Positions 63,303 through 64,000 of a stretch of 64,000 nt of DNA are shown piece after piece; within the stretch, counting starts at the first letter, position 1; the number at the start of each line of letters is the position of its first letter. The translations under genes and the position numbers were made by a program. Location: contig NC_043025.1 in NCBI RefSeq assembly GCF_006345805.1, positions 16,120,001 through 16,184,000 on the forward strand, written 5' to 3'. The notes beneath the pieces were generated by a model. That model was given only the letters and a program-made list of their open reading frames with translations. It was not told where the DNA came from and searched no databases. The stretch comes from Octopus sinensis (Eukaryota).

Positions 63303-64000
63303 CTGTCTGTCAGTCCTTCTGTCTGTCTGCCCATCTATTCATCCGTCCGTCTGTCAGTCCTTCTGTCTGTCTGCCCATCTATTTGTCCGTCTGTCTGTCA
63401 GTCCTTCTGTCTGTCTGCCCATCTATTCATCCGTCCGTCTGTCAGTCCTTCTGTCTGTCTGCCCATCTATTCGTCGTCCGTCTGTCAGTCCTTCTGTTTG
63501 TCTGCCCATCTATTCGTCCGTCCGTCTGTCAGTCCTTCTGTCTGTCTGCCCATCTATTCGTCCGTCGTCTGTCAGTCCTTCTGTTGTCTGCCCATCTATT
63601 CGTCGTCCGTTCTGTCAGTCCTTCTGTCTGTCTGACCATCTATTCATCCGTCTGTCAGTCCTTCTGTCGTCTGCCCCATCTATTCGTCCGTCCGTCTGTC
63701 AGTCCTTCTGTCTGTCTGCCCATCTATTCATCCGTCCGTCTGTCAGTCCTTCTGTCTGTCTGCCCATCTATTCGTCCGTCCGTCTGTCAGTCCTTCGTCT
63801 GTCTGCCCATCTATTCCTCCGTCCGTCTGTCAGTCCTTCTGTCTGTCAGCCCATCTATTCGTCGTCCGTCTGTCAGTCCTTCTGTCTGTCTGCCCATCTA
63901 TTCGTCCGTCCGTCTGTCAGTCCTTCTGTCTGTCTGCCCATCTATTCGTCCGTCCGTCTGTCAGTCCTTCTGTCTGTCTGCCCATCTATTCGTCCGTCCG
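63303..64000. repeat. 44-bp minisatellite
   Basis: Unit ttcgtccgtccgtctgtcagtccttctgtctgtctgcccatcta. Confidence 0.92.

Overview
Repeat-rich eukaryotic genomic DNA. The SINE/RTE repertoire, very long microsatellites and the gene content suggest a coleoid cephalopod (Octopus-like); this is an inference. Most long ORFs in the supplied track are translated simple repeats. Supported content: (1) the first four coding exons of a D-aspartate-oxidase-type flavoenzyme gene (+ strand, 45978-62949, continuing beyond the window), whose 13-kb first intron opens with a 6.8-kb 15-bp satellite; (2) one intact tRNA-Glu(UUC) gene; (3) degraded RTE, R4/Dong-type and CR1-type LINEs, three tRNA-derived SINE families, piggyBac, Tc1/mariner and Helentron-type elements; (4) weak evidence for an unannotated minus-strand gene (X-box and CCAAT promoter-like sites, two micro-exons). 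The most striking signal is invisible in the ORF track: eight type I hammerhead ribozyme (HHR) motifs with recognisable cores, some carrying point defects, plus one decayed motif and several half-motifs, from several unrelated sequence families. They have palindromic stem III, are mostly embedded in (TA)n tracts and are often arranged as fold-back (head-to-head) elements. Three families carry long (about 50-110 nt) stem II insertions. One HHR lies sense in the oxidase intron next to a 59-bp antisense arm, and one lies just downstream of what looks like a non-Penelope LINE 3' end. HHRs in Penelope-like elements are known; these architectures may not be described. No cleavage activity can be shown from sequence alone.
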